Shown here one piece after another: positions 37,851 through 52,675 of a DNA stretch of 64,000 bases. The number at the start of each line of letters is the position of its first letter. Position 1 is the first letter of the stretch. A program made the position numbers and the translations under genes. This DNA is from Azolla caroliniana (Eukaryota; Plantae; Polypodiophyta): positions 26,970,001 to 27,034,000 of the forward strand of contig JBHGNT010000001.1 of NCBI GenBank assembly GCA_043228905.1, written 5' to 3'. The notes under the pieces were generated by a model. It saw nothing but the letters and a program-made list of their open reading frames with translations, had not been told where the DNA came from and did no database searches.

Positions 37851-39916
37851 ATGGCGATGGTTGTATTGGATCTCAAGGTCCTTTTAATCCCAAACCCATC
37901 TTCCACCTCTTCTTCTTCTTCTTCTTCTTCTTCTTCTATTCTTCTTCTTCAGAGGAAGAGGATCAAAGCTATATGCAGAGATTCATCATCATCATCATCA
38001 TCATCTTCTTCTTCTTCAAAGAGAAGCACCGAATCAATAACTCCGCTAGCGAGCATCCTTAGACCTTTGAAGAGACGCATCGCCGTAGCTAGCCCTCTTC
38101 TTCTCCTTCTTCTTTCCCCCACTCGTGTCTTCTTCCATATATCTGGACTCGGAGAGCCTGCCTTCTCTGTAGAGATTGGGCCAGAAGGATCATTGAAAGG
38201 GAATGACGCGAGCTCTTCAGAGAAGGAAAAAGATTCAAGGTCCGAGTTTATAGACAGAGTGGACGAGGCCATCAGGTGGCTAGAGAATGGGAAAGAATCT
38301 CAGGCTCGAGGAGATTTCCAGCAAGCTCTTCTATGGTACACTCAGGCCAGATAAACCAAACCCTTTTGTCTAATTGTGTAAATATGTCTTTTTTGTGTGT
38401 GTATATGAACAGGATTTTGATGCAATGTATGCATATTTATTCTTGTTTTTGTATATTTATGTATGTCTTGTTGTGAGAATATATATTAGAGTATTTTCAT
38501 ACATTATGCATGTTTATTCTTGTTTTTGTATATTTATTTGTATTTGTTTATTATTGTGTTAACCTATGCATGGTTTATATATTGTCTACCTACGCATGTC
38601 TGTGTATATCCGCATATATATTATGTCAGCTCATCCTGTTAATTTTTATGCTTGTTATATGTGTTTGTATAATGATCTATGAATATATATATATATATAT
38701 ATATATTTTTTAACAGATGATGTCAAGTCAATTATGCTAATTGATTGGTTTTTTGTAGGTATTACATATATATGATTGCTAATTTGGTTGTTCTCTGCGG
38801 GTATCACGTAGACATTGTTGCATGAATTGATTATGCTAAGTAATGGTTTTGTGGGTATATTCCAAAGTTCTTCTAAGTTTATCGAGGAGTGGTAATGTAG
38901 GACCTAAGTTTACTTACTCGTCAAATGCTCAGCTTTTTTTCTCTCTTTGATATCTTGATTCTTGATGTAGATGCAATATAGATAATAATGGGCAAAATCT
39001 TAAGTTATGATGAGTTGGATAATGGTAAAGCTCACAAAATTCATTTGATATATGTATATGTATCATTTCCTTTTAATATCAACTTGAGTAGCTGAGTCTC
39101 GCCCTAAAACATGTTTTTGAGCATGTTTATCTCATACATCATAATGTATTTCGAGTATTCAAAGTGTTCTAATAAAATCCACTTTGTTGTTGACTCAGAG
39201 ATGAAAAATGGCTTCACATTTTTATTCTTCTAAACATTACTACTTTTGTAAGAACCCATGGTCCTATTGTGTGTGTTTTTGTTCTGATCGGTAGCTAGTT
39301 TCTCTTCAGGTAGTTAAGAAGCATGGTGATCTTGCACTATCAGAGTATGCAAGAGTTGGGCGAGCAATATCTTTGTATGAGGTGGGGGACAAAGAGGATG
39401 CTTTCATCGAGATGGAGGATGTCTCAATATCGTTAAAAGGCTATCCAGGTAACGTTGATTTGTAGTTCTATCTTTATTACAAAGGAAGAGCAAGACCTAG
39501 TTGATTCTTATAATTGTTGGATTTTACACATATTTGGTTATAATGCACTCCATATGCCAAATATTGGTATTGTAATTAGTTTGGATGCTTATCCAAGGTT
39601 GTCATTTGTGTGTGTATATACAATTCTTTTTGTATGTGTGGATATACATAGAGAGATATATATAGAATATGAGTGTGTGATATAATTGACAATGGATCAT
39701 TTTTAATTGATGTATTGCCCTTTTTATTCAGAGATTCATGCCGCCTTGGCGGCAGCATTGTATGCAGACAAACATTCTCCAGTTACAGCTGAGCAACAAT
39801 TCACAATAGCAACATTGTTAGATCCTAATTACATCGACTTGTCATATGTCAAAGATACCAAGCATTGGCCACCAAACCTTCTAAAGTCATTTGAACGATT
39901 CATCAACTTCAAGTAG
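37851..39916 (+). CDS. Plastid-targeted TPR-like protein (At3g05625-like). Exons 37851-38345, 39310-39448, 39732-39916; intron 1 is GC-AG
   Basis: Ser-rich transit peptide; LENGKESQARGDFQQALLWYTQ|VVKKHGDLALSEYARVGRAISLYEVGD...MEDVSISLKGYP|EIHAALAAALYADKH...QFTIATLLDP...KHWPP. Confidence 0.85.
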
Positions 39917-42829
39917 AAGGAATTCGTAATTGAGACATACTAGCCTTGTATATGATTTCGATCAAATTCAATCTCATGAAAATATGTCAAAGACACCAAA
40001 AAGTATCGGCTACTGAACATTGTAAAGTCATAAAGAATGATTTGATCAGACTTCCAATGGAAGGAAATGCAATTGCTATACACATTACAAGCCTTGTATA
40101 TCTCATCATGTATGTAGTGCTGTAGATTCTGAGACCTCAATACAATCTCCTACACTTCATTTGCACAAAGCAAAACAGTGTGTATGGATATTGTAGATGT
40201 ATAAGCACAAATTGATAAGCTCTCTTTCTTTGATGTATTCTGAAGTTATGTTCTCCGCTGGGAGGGGAGTTAATTTTGTCCATTGAAATAATGCCTAATG
40301 AGGCTACATTTGTATTTCTTCCTTTCTAAATACTGTGAACAGTAAATTTTAGTTGACGGTTCTTGGGAACCCTAAATCTTGGTGAAATTTCAATAAATCA
40401 TCTGATCCTTGTTCATGAGATGGCATGATATGACATGCTTATTGGTTCTATTTAAAACTTCCCCTTTCATTGTAATTGGATTGTTGGATGCATTCTAGAA
40501 AGTTTGACATCAACAATAGCATTACTATTACAAGTGTAACCTTGCTTTGGGTTTATCAAGTCCTAGAGAAAAAGACCTATTTATTTTAGTGGGTATTGCC
40601 ATTTAGAGGAGATCATTGTCGGTACAATGGGAGTTACTTTTGTCTTTTGGTTATTATGGTTGCATGGAAAAGATAGATTGCAATTCGAGTTTTGATTGTT
40701 TACTTTATCGAGTAGTAGTTAGTAGAGGTGGGAAATTGTGGTTGGTACACGATCTCAAAGTTTTTTGGACTTGTGAATGTGGGCGCTTATTACGCATTCA
40801 ACTTCGTAAAAGTTAAAGAATATCTCATTGATGTGGTGTTCCTTGTCGGTAATCAAGGTGTTGATCAAGGATTTCAATTTCCATCAAGGGTCTTTATTTG
40901 GAGGATGGTAACTTTTCTTAGAGGTGTTAATTGGCAACATGCAATTGCTTTGTTTACATTACTCAATTTGAAGATTGTCATCACGATTTTCATACAACGC
41001 TTTATTCCTTACCTCCACCAAGTTTGAATCCTCCCAAAGAACTTATAAATACCAAGATGCCCAAGATGAAAATACTAGGCTTCTCAATTTTACGAAAGTC
41101 ATCAAAATTGTAGACAAATTATGTGTGGGACTTTTCACATGGTCTCATTGTGTATGTATGTATATATACAAATTTACAATGTACATGTGTGTTGTGGTAT
41201 GTGTGTGTGTACACACAAATAACAATGTACCTTATCAATCATATGTACATAGACATAAATTGATACAAATTGTGTTTGGGCAATTCTAATTTAATTCTCA
41301 CAGTTTAAATGACACATTCACATCAAGGGGGATCTTGTGTGTCGGTGTCAGATGAGAATCAAGAAACAAGTGTTCATATTTTTATTGGTAGAGGCACAAA
41401 TGAAAAGGAAAACAATTTATTTTATGGTTTTAACCATTGGCCATGGCATAGATGAAATGAAACACAACCTCTTCATGCCTTTAACCTTTGGCTCCAACAT
41501 TCTATCATCCAAGAAGCTGATTTTCCGTGTAATGGAAGTACACTTCAGTAGTAGTTCTTTATGAAAAGACAAGGTTAGTAAAAAGCTTAGAAAGAGAACT
41601 CTATAATGCATACAAGCCTGCAGGTTGTAGGATCAGAGAGAACTTGGGGGGTTTAGTATAGTTAGATGAATAGTATGTAACTTTGAGGTATTAATATAAA
41701 TCCAATGAAAAAAGTCTTCATATGCACAATCTATCCCCAACCTTGACAAAAGCCTATAATAACATGTGTCACTCCATAAAGGATGCTTCTTACAAACGTT
41801 GACATGCTCATCAAGGTTTTACCAAATTCCTTGTTGAAATATGTGGTGATGATCATGGATCAAAGTGTTGTGGTGAGCACATCATGCAAATCGAATTCTT
41901 TTCTTTCCTCAAATGCAATCTTTGCTTGCATCATTCAATCAACACAATAACATTCATAAATAATGTCATAATAAAATATGATAAGTAAAACCTTAACAAG
42001 GTTGGTAAAACTTACATGCATGGGCATTAAACATATGAGCGTTGTCGACATGTGGAGCTTAGTGTCCATGTGTTGATTCCATAGGTCACATTTCACCTCT
42101 AATGAAGATGTTAAGATACATATTTTTTGCCCACGTGCTTCCTCCCTTGGTGGAAGTAGTATGTATATTAAAACGATATGATGCAAGAATTCCTTGCATT
42201 GTCCATTGTACTACAATCATAAGAGTTGAATGCCTTAGGTAATACAAATTACCTTATTTCATGGGGAAGGTAAAAGCTTTGGCGCCTTCAAAGAAACCCC
42301 ACATAAAAAGGACAAAAATATCCCAATCAATGATGCCAAAATAGCACAAAATAATCCACATTGTTTTTTCATTGGGGATGTAATAAATCACTCTCGGGCA
42401 TCCTTCTCAAGGATTGTATGGGAAACATCTAATCTAAAATGTGTTAGTGCATTAAAGTTGTTGTTAGGCAACTAACTCATTCTTGTTGTTACATTGTGGA
42501 AATTGCAAGAGTGGGTGTTTAACATGAATAGAATGAAGAAAAGAATCAATTATTGAAAAAAGACGTCTCACCTAAAATGCATTAACAAGTTAAAGTTGTC
42601 GTAGGTACTAGGAAATACACCCACTTTTGTTGTTACATTGTGGTAATATGCAAGGATTACTTGAGTGGATGCTTAACAACAATGAAGAAAAGAAACAAAG
42701 CAACGGGAACCTACTCCCAATTGGGTTAGGTGTTGGGTAGAAAAATCTATTGTCTAAAGGGAAATTTTAAATGCATTCCAAAGCTAGTCGGTTTAGTTCC
42801 CCCATGGACTTGTATATGTATATGCTCAC

Positions 42830-43110
42830 TTAGAATCAAAATATCCTAGAAATGGCCTAATGTATGCTCAAATGAAAGAGGATACAAATTCATTTTGGTC
42901 AGAGGTAGTTAAAATTATGATCTACTTATTCAAGCAAAGTTTTAGGAGAGCTGTGGAGGGGATGGCTCCATTCGAGGTATACTAATGAGAGCTATGGAGT
43001 AGTTACACCACGAGTGGTATGAGAAGTGTATCGTACAGATGGATTCCAAGAGCAATAGATGCATCTTCATATGATACAATTTGGACTATAAGGCTTACAA
43101 TGCACTATTT
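42830..43110 (+). mobile_element. Degenerate copia integrase/SH3-like remnant
   Basis: NILEMA*CMLK...FWSEVV...IYL...VEGMAPFEV and MDSKSNRCIFI*Y. Confidence 0.6.
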
Positions 43111-44236
43111 GTGAAAATGTGGTAAAGAGGAGGATTGGATTGCAAATGGATCTACATAATCAAGACCAGGTGAGATACCTAACCTTAACCCACAAGAGAA
43201 GGACATAGTGAGATAAATGAGAAGGAAGACAAGAGAGAGTTGAGATAGATATGAACTATTAACAAGGAACAATGAATTGGTTCTATGATTAGAATTGATC
43301 TACTTGAGATTCATTGGGTATAGTTGATACTTTATGATATTTGGCTCACTCTCACATCATAATGTACTAGTTTAGGGCCGACTCTATGTGAAGTAAATAA
43401 AGAACGTTCTACACCAAACCCTCATGTATTTAACGTCAATATATCATTGATCTATAACTGATTTATCTTTATGAATCTTTATATAATCATCCCATAGTTT
43501 CCTTTCTATATTTGTTTTTGGTAACCTTGTCTATTCTCCCCCCGGGTCTCTCTCACACACACATTAATATTCACTTTGGTGCTTTAATTAACAACCCTCA
43601 ACATAACCACCAGTCTCACATTGAAAACTATGGTATATACATACAATGCATGACTTTGCATGTCGGCTCTACAACCTCATAAGAGACTTTGCAATGAAGG
43701 AACACAACCTTATGGGTTCAAAATAGAGACAAGAATGTTGTATGTAGAAACTCTAGCATTTTGAAGTTGGTCATAGTGATACCATGTGGTCATTGAGTGA
43801 GTTATTGGTTGCTATAACGGTGGCGCACCACTCAGGTTCTACCCTAATACAAAGAAGAAGAAGGCGATGATGATGATGATGAAGAAGAAGAGATTGATAG
43901 ATATCGTAAGGTGAACAAAATACCGAAATGCAAGTGTATGGGATGTGGCGAAGGAATTGGAGAGGATAGAACTCGGGTTCTCCTGGTTGACACTATGTAA
44001 GTAGTAAAGCCATTTATTTCATGGGAAGCTTTTCGAGAAATAGCAATTTTGTGAGAAACACTCGCAATAGGAAGCCAACATTAGTTTTCTTAATGTTTCC
44101 CTACAAATACATACTAGAACATCGACCCAACAGAACAGAACAGAGAGTGTAGTGTTTTAAGAGAATCAGAGCAGCAGGGTCGTCTCCCTCGGGACAGGAA
44201 AGAAGGCCTAATTAATTTTAAGGCTAGAGCCTCACC

Positions 44237-46691
44237 ATGAAGAAGAGATTCACCGAGGAAGAACTCGAATTCGATGGCAGTGATGACGATGAGCTTCTTC
44301 ACACTGTAAGTCAAGTGTTGATTCTTTTTCTTCTTGGTCTTGTTTTGCTTCTGATTCCAATTCCTCAAAGAATCAGAAAGTTATATGTAAGCTCCATGGT
44401 ATGCTCAGCAGGAAAATGATGCTGTGAAGATGGAGAAGGAGAAGAAGAAGAAGAAGAAGAAGAAGAGAAAGGTGGATAATAAAGATGAAAGTAATGATGT
44501 GCAGAGCTCAGATGATGATGGCCTCCCAGAGGTTTTTTCAATGAAAGAGGTTAGCGATATTCTGTTTTAAGACATGTTAAAGAGAACTAGGGTTTGTGCC
44601 AAATATTGAGAAATGTTAGCGAGTGGTTGTCATTATTTTGCTTAAAAGCATGTTTTTGTCTGAAAATTTCAATAGATTTCTTTGCTTTCCTAGAGAACTA
44701 CGGTTTTGTTTACAGCCTGATCAAGGTAATATTTTCTGGCTGTTATTAGCATTACAAATGTTATCAGAGTGATTCCTCATTGTTTATGTTTCATGAAGAA
44801 GATAATGAAAATATGAAAGATTTAGTTCAGTAGAAAACTAGGGTTTTTGTTTGCTGAAGAAACTGTAATGAAAAAATGTGAACAGTTTGGTTGAGTAGAG
44901 AATGAGGGGTTTGGGTTTGATGAAGACAAGATTCGGCGCAAATCCTTTTCGTAGAATTTTATTCAGTATTTCCCGAAAGAAAGTTTTTTACTTATTGGTC
45001 GATTTTTTTTTCATGCATGAAATAATAGGAAATTATTAGAAAATACAACAGATTGAGAGCTTATTATCTACACCTTGAGGTCAAAAAGGGGAATTTTGCT
45101 TTAGGCAGGCACTTAGAAGCTTCAGCCTGCCCATGATGTAATGCCAACTATTTGGTTAAGATGTACAAAGAAAGTTTTTTACTCATTGGTCGAATTTCCA
45201 GGAATGCCTGTGTATGCTCTGATACTAAGGTATACCTTCATATTTTGGGCAATAGGAATGACAATTTGAAATAGGCTAGGGAAGACATATGAGTTATATG
45301 TTTACGCGTCAAATAGGGACATATCAGTCACATCTACGATCTTGTTGGGAATTAGGCTTACATGGACAATATTTGGCCTAGAGGAAGAGTATAGAAGCCT
45401 TATAGGGATACTGGAGAGATTCTACAAGTTTAGGGAAACGAGTTATATTATTGTGCAACAAATACTAGAATGCTTACAAAATCTTCATAAAAGCAACTGG
45501 TACCATAGAGTGAAAGATCGGAATATTTGTGCTAGTTTAAAACATTGGAAATTATTACCTATGAAGTTTATCAATGTTTGGGTTATTTAAATCTGGTGAT
45601 CTTTTATGCCCTTTATTTCCCATGGTTTCCCCTTGTTTTGAACAACTTGATTCCATTGATAATCAGTGCACCTGAAGCAGAAACAACCATGTCAGTACAT
45701 GTGATGGCAGATGCCCATATTTTTCACCATTAATATATCAATTTCTAGCATTACTACCCCTGTAACGAGAATCTTTACTCATTTTTAGTGAAACTTCTCT
45801 AATGTCTTTCCATCTCTGGTATTGTTAAGATCAAGGTCTTTGATAGTATATGAAGATTTGAATGTTCCATTACTCTGTAAAAAGTTACTCTGACATTGAG
45901 AGCTTCCATTCTACAGGGAAGAAGCATGGCACAACAACGAAAAAGTGAGGAGAAAGCAAGTGGGAAAATGTAATATCTCTTCTCATCAGAATTAGATGAT
46001 AGTGATCTGGTGATTACATTGGTTTTGTCTTCTTAACTGAATCTTGGAAATGGGTGCCCAGGATTGCTGAAGAGGTGAAAAAAAAGAAACAAGAAAGGAC
46101 GATGAAAAGGAAAGAAGAGAAGAAGAAATCAAGAAAGTTGGAGAAGCCCCTTTCTTCTATGGAACCTACAATAGAAAATACTGTTATACCATCAAAAGTC
46201 ACGGGTTTGCTTGATGAAACTATAGTGCAGTTTTTGAGTGAACGTGAAAGGTTAACATTTCCATAAAGCTTTGGTTCAGAAAAATTTAGCATGATAGTAA
46301 TATTCAGTTAATGTCAGTATTTCTATTATTTTTAGCATATAGAAGGAAATCCTTTCTGATTCACAACATACTGTTATGCAGGACTAAAGTAGATTTTACA
46401 AACGTACAGTCATCTTCTCCAATGGATGTGAATCTGAAGAAAGCCTCAAAGCCCAAGAGGAAGGAAAAGAATAGCAGGTAGAACACGTTTGTCCATTAAA
46501 GAAAACTCATAACTGCATGATTAGAGATATTGTTAATACATTCTTCCCTGTTCAAAATTTGCAGGGTTCAGGTGATGGTTTTGAATGCGGAATTGGGAAG
46601 ATTTGCTGATCATTCTGCATTGCAGTTTAAAAAGGAACATCTTTATGGAAATCGAATAAGAAGGGACACATGCATGTTGAAGGCTCGATAA
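44237..46691 (+). CDS. Lys/Glu-rich small protein, possibly nucleolar (NOL7/Utp16-like). Exons 44237-44305, 44412-44549, 45917-45969, 46062-46250, 46382-46477, 46565-46691; possible extra upstream exon 43867-43905
   Basis: Six phase-consistent GT-AG exons; SDDDGLPEVFSMKE motif, poly-Lys tracts and C-terminal ALQFKKEHLYGNRIRR; family assignment is tentative. Confidence 0.7.
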
Positions 46692-47802
46692 CTGAGGGTG
46701 TCTTAGAAATCACGTAACGATTACGAAATGCGACAAACTCTATATCATTTGACCTATACGAAATTCTCACTTGAAGTGGTTTGCACAGTTTTTCTTCCAA
46801 AAGACTACTTTTGGTGCTCTCCATTTCTTCTTGAAGGGCCCTTCTTGCGAGGGTCAAGGTTCTTGTAGTACTCATGGCCATCATTCATTTTAAAGTTATG
46901 CATTCAGTCATTTTTTCTTTAATGTATGTTTTACTTTCTTGAGATGAGGATTGGCTTTCTGTGTGCGTATGTGTGCTATCTCAGGGAACCATATGCTCGT
47001 TGCATAGTTCCTTTGAAGCTTGAGCAGCTACAGACACAATCATATGATAGAAAATATACTGTCTGGAAACCAGGACTTAATATGATCTTATATATTTTTA
47101 AAACTAAACAATGGTTAGAAATTATATGTAGAAACATATATATTAGCATTTTTCTAATAACGGGAGAATAATGCCTCTTTTTGATAAACCCATTTTCCAG
47201 GAAAAAAAGTTATTTCGATTATGGAAAGTGTAATTGAAGAGATTGAATATAAAGGAATGGTCTATTTATGCGTTACATTGCATCACTTGGTGTTTTATAT
47301 TAAACAAGAAGATAAGTAGAGTAACTGATGCAGAAATTATGTGATAAGCCAAAGCCTTTTAAAGGGTATGATTCAATCTACAGGAGGGAACAGTAACCAA
47401 TCGCTGAGTTCTTGCAATCAAAGTAACATCATAATATATATATAATTTCAGGCTGTAAAGATCAAGTGGTGGTGGGGATCATTGAACAATATGGAAACCA
47501 GGGATTAAAGCAACATGGAAAATATATAATATTTCTGATATTTGAAAGATCAAGTACTTGATTCAGCAGAAAACTATATATTTAAAAGAGTTATTACTGA
47601 AATCACAAGAACATTTTCTCTAATTTAGGTTATAAATATATTTAAAAGAATAATTACTGAAATATCTAAGTCACCACATACATAGATATATATATTTATT
47701 CTTCGCTTTTGCTGGACATCATTCACTGTAAATCCAAACCACTCTTCTTCACCAATCTGATATTTCCTTTCTTGATGATTTTCACACATTAATCCCCTAC
47801 CC

Positions 47803-50800
47803 TCAACGGCGAAGTCGTATCCGCTTTCCTGTTTGATAAATAGGTTCTTCAACCTGAAAAGATGGTTGTAATACACGGTGAATGATAGACGTTGAAAATA
47901 TAATCAATTCAATATATAATAACCATTTTCATCAAATAAGGATGATTATATAATAGATTGAATATATTGTCATGTGACATGAATTTAGCAGGAAATCAGC
48001 TCTTGTTTTTTTTACCGTGCTGGCCTTTCTAAGCAACCCTTGATCTTGGCTATCCTGAAATTCAAATCCTTTGTTATCAAGATCGGGAGGTGAGCCAATA
48101 GGAGTATCTGACTTAAGATGACTCTCTCTGGACATAGTTCTCTGGCAATTATAAAACTCTCAACATAAGTATGCAATAAGATTGGGATGCAAAAAAGATA
48201 ATGGAAGGACAAGATTAATAACATAAGCATGTAACGGCTTAATTGAAAAAAAGAAGACACTAAAGCACCACGACATACAGCTTTTGGAATTACAATACTA
48301 AACTACTTTATTTCAACATCCAGCTTTTGGGAGAAAATGTCTCTTAATATAAATACTATTTGCGTTAGAAAAATCTAACAGACAATATTGTAATATGTGT
48401 GTGTTTTACACTAAACGCTAAATTCTTCTAGAGGTATCTGCTAATCATAACAATGTTACACTTGAATTACAATACTAGACCACCTTATTCAACTTGGGAG
48501 TTGGAGAAGCTCTTTCTTCAGATAAATATGCATTATTCAGTGGCTTAGCTACACCGTGGCGTGTAAGATCTGAGCCAAATGAGTGTAATGCACCGCAAGT
48601 TGAACCATCAAACTCCTCTATTTAGATTAGCAATGTGTTGATATGAGATAGTATCAACAAAAATTAGTTGCTAAATAATGTGTTAGTATGTTAATTTTGA
48701 AACCCATTATACAACTTCTTCACCTGTTGCAAGTGAGGGAAACATAGCTGCTGTGCTCATCTATAATTATGTTCACAAGCTTCATTAAAAACTGAGATTG
48801 TCTGTCATATATATTCTTTAACAACATCAATGCGACTATTTGTTTATATACATATATATACCTCCATCTCAGATTTCTTAACTGGAGTACGCTTCTGTAG
48901 CCTTTTTAGTTGGTGTGCTGCATCCTGATTAACATCAGTAACTGATTTTTCTTGGACAGATTTTTCCACTAAATTGTTCGCTTTCTTCATGCACTAATTT
49001 CCACAATTTGACAAACCAATATAATCATACATCTGACTGTATAGAGCAGTTCACGAGATTACATCATGTGCAGTCTTCGCCAAATAAATACACTAACATA
49101 TATTACTTTCCGTTTCACCTGACTAAATAGTCTGCTTGCATTTAATACCTCCTGTACTTCCTGGAACTTTCTCTGCGCTTGTTCAGAATGGATTACTCTG
49201 CGACCTTTAGATAGATTCATTCCAATTTTTTTTATTAGAAGTAATTCACAAACAACGGACTGATCTACACTTCCTTTGTAGAATTTCATTGTATAGAATG
49301 TCCACTGTATGTAGCATTGGTGATCATACCCATCTTCCTATTAATTGCAGTTCCTTCAACATAACCTTCGCTCGCCATTTTCTCAATCAATTTACGAGTT
49401 GACAAATGATTAACTCCGTCTCCCAGTTTTGTTTGCAATTGACTGACGGTTACATATTCCAACGGAAGAGCATAATACAAAGCCTATATTCCATCCCCAA
49501 GTTAACCAATAATGTAGCGAAAGGCACAATCTGTGCTTTTTGTAAGATTAATTATCTTTAAAAAACATTTTGTTGCTAAATTCAGGATCTATTACATCAC
49601 CTTTAAATACATTGGATCTTCGTTCTTAACGTTTTCTTGATCAGTTTCAGCCTGATCTTTTTTGTTCTCAGCTGATCTATCCTTTTTTATAACTTCATAG
49701 CAGTCATCCTGAACGAACTGGTCTTGTATGATCAATACCAAGTACGTGATAGAAATACGTTTATTGTGGACATTGTTACCTGAGTTGAATCATTTATCTC
49801 ATAGTTGTCATTGCGAAGATCGGTTAAAGAACCTTCTTTCACCATTCTACTAAGAAGTTCTAGTTGACACACCAAATTAACAAATCATGTGACCGAATTT
49901 ATAGAAACACTATCATCATAGCCATGGAAATTTAATGAAGTTGTATCCTTCTGAGGAAGATTTTCAGGACGAGGTACCTTCCATTAGTTGCTGGAAAGAG
50001 GAAAAACATATAGACATCTCTTTTAATCAATTATTATAAGAAGTCTGACAATCTAGTTCTATTTTAATCTGATAATTTGATAAGAGAATATATACCACGG
50101 AAATATCTGGAAAATCTGCCATAAGATCTGTAATATGAAATATTGATGCTTTCCTAGAAAGTAACCATCCTTTAATTTGATCGTAATTACTCTCTTCATA
50201 TTGCGCATCCTGTGTTATTTCTGAATTACAGCAATGCTTCGATCTCAATCAGAAACAAAACGCAAATGAAGGAAAAAGGAGGTTCACACGAAATTACTAC
50301 CATCATCTTCTGTCGACTTATTATTGCAGCAAGGCTTATCTGTCAGATGAGATAAAAAAGTAACACGTGAGCATTTATAATTGTATAAAAAAGTTGTTTA
50401 GCAATATCTGCCGTTCATCCAAATTAACCTGCTTCATCTTCCATGTTGTCCTGCATTAATGTACGTGATAGGGATCAAATTCAAATCTGAAATGGGAGAT
50501 TTCAAATCATAATAGAGAGACAGATGTTTAACATCATGGAGCTACCATCAAGAATTCTTAAGGGAATAAAAAATAACATAAAGAAGTCTTTCTGAAATAA
50601 GGATCAAACTACAATCAAATCAACAATAATTCCTAATACTTCAATCCAAAAATTAATTTTCAAATCTGTGAAATGCCGGACGTATAATAGCTGGGATATA
50701 ACTGTAGAAATCAATAACTAAGAAAATAAAAAAATAGCAAGAAGTATTTCCAAAATGATACTACAATCAAAGAAATGAAGTATTGGTATGTGAGACTTAC

Positions 50801-52623
50801 ACAATCACAGGAAGACGTCTTCCTAAATGAGGATAAAACTCTTGAAATCAATAATAGCAAGAGCTAGTTTTCATGAATGAGAAGCTAATGACAATCATAG
50901 GAAGAAGTATTTCTAAATGAGGATGAAACTACAATCCATACAAAAGGAATAGCATTATCATTAAAGATAAAGATAGCAAATTAAGTTAATATTTACTTCT
51001 GGTAAATCTGCAGACTTCGCAGATGTGCTGAGACTAAGTTGATCTTCAGATGTGCCACTGCTTACTGGATCATCTTCTAGTAAGATATTACTGTTTTGCT
51101 CAACCTCATCTCCGCAGGAATCCAATGTGCTCTTTACCTATGCAATGTATATAATCACACTCAGTGAAGGTGAATTGATAAACACACCCACACATGCATT
51201 CTATAAGAGTAGGGATGATTAATCGATCAAACAAATTCATTGCATTTGCAAATTTGCCTTAAGGGAGAAAGCAATGTATTTGCTATTGACTTCGCCTGCT
51301 TTCATTTGGAATGGAGATTGGCGCCATGTCCTCTTCAGATCAAAAGTACAACATCTGAAGAAAGGCGGTTCATAATCTGATGGCTGCATTAAGTAGTCTT
51401 TACTTAGGTTAACGGCATAAATCCAATATTAACTTATGTACTGCAGTTTAATGACTTATTATGAAGAAACCATTAAGCCAAAGTTATATTCAATGTAGGT
51501 TAATTAACTACATAATGGAGTGGGACTTACTGTAACATGATCATAGTAATAAAGCTTCACAAGAATGGTCCGCTGAATAGGAGAGGAAAAACGAAATTGT
51601 AAGTTAAACAACAGATATAGTTTTCTGAGAAATTGGAAAAGTAACATAGCTTAACACAACAGAGAAAAAGTTCTCAAAAATTGCAACAGCAAACTAGTTT
51701 ATACAACGAAAATAAAGTTCTCAGAGATTCCAAACAAGAGATTAATATCAATGTACCTCATCTGGAACTGCATCTAGGGTTTGCATAAGAGTAATAAGCG
51801 TCCTCATCATCTTACATGCAGATTTCCTGTAAAGATGATGAAAATTATTAAAAGCGTTTGAATTTGCGACCTAGCTAGATTAACCCGTACAATTTAATGA
51901 CCGCGCTTCAAAGTACTTAATAATGGCAACTACCTCATATGTTCCTGGTCTGCCTCAGTTGGATCAGAACTAGTTTTCAAAACTCTCTTCGGACGTCCAT
52001 TTTTAGAAACGTTCATAGAAACCACTTCTTCTGGTGTTCTGGAGTAATCGAAGGAGACTGGATAAATTCAAGATAAGAAAGTTGATGAGAACAGAAAGAT
52101 TGGATATAGATGAAGAAGACATTTAAAAAAAGGTTTATAAATGTTACAGGAATATTCTTCGATCATAGGACCGCTTTCTCCTTCAATAAGACTGAAATTC
52201 ATTGTCTTCAGATATTTCTTCCTCAAGGCATCATAAACACCTAGGATCGAAACTCCATACATAAGCGTTGATATGTCACAACTCAAATCAAATCAATTCT
52301 TTGTGGCAGTTAGGAGCCTTAATTACAATTTTCAATATTCTTGAGCTTGCCCAAAAAATAATGCGTAGCATTTCTAAGGATCGTTGCCTTAACAGCATCC
52401 TGATTACCTTTATCTATAAACTAATCGCCAATAAAAACAACGTTTTGGGACATTCTTTACAATTGTTACCTTTCTCCATCCAGTCAATCAGCCTTCTCGA
52501 TTCAAGGTCCAAAGGCAGAAGCTTCTTGACCTTCATATTATCTACGTTTACGTTGAGATTTCATTAGATGCCATCATTGGCAGAAAAACTAATTAACAGC
52601 ATCGTTATACATACATACATATA

Positions 52624-52675
<52 letters not shown>

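Noticed and set aside
46627-46884. 85-aa minus-strand ORF
   Set aside because: Antisense to the last exon and 3' UTR of the plus-strand gene; ASY1 already terminates at 47803
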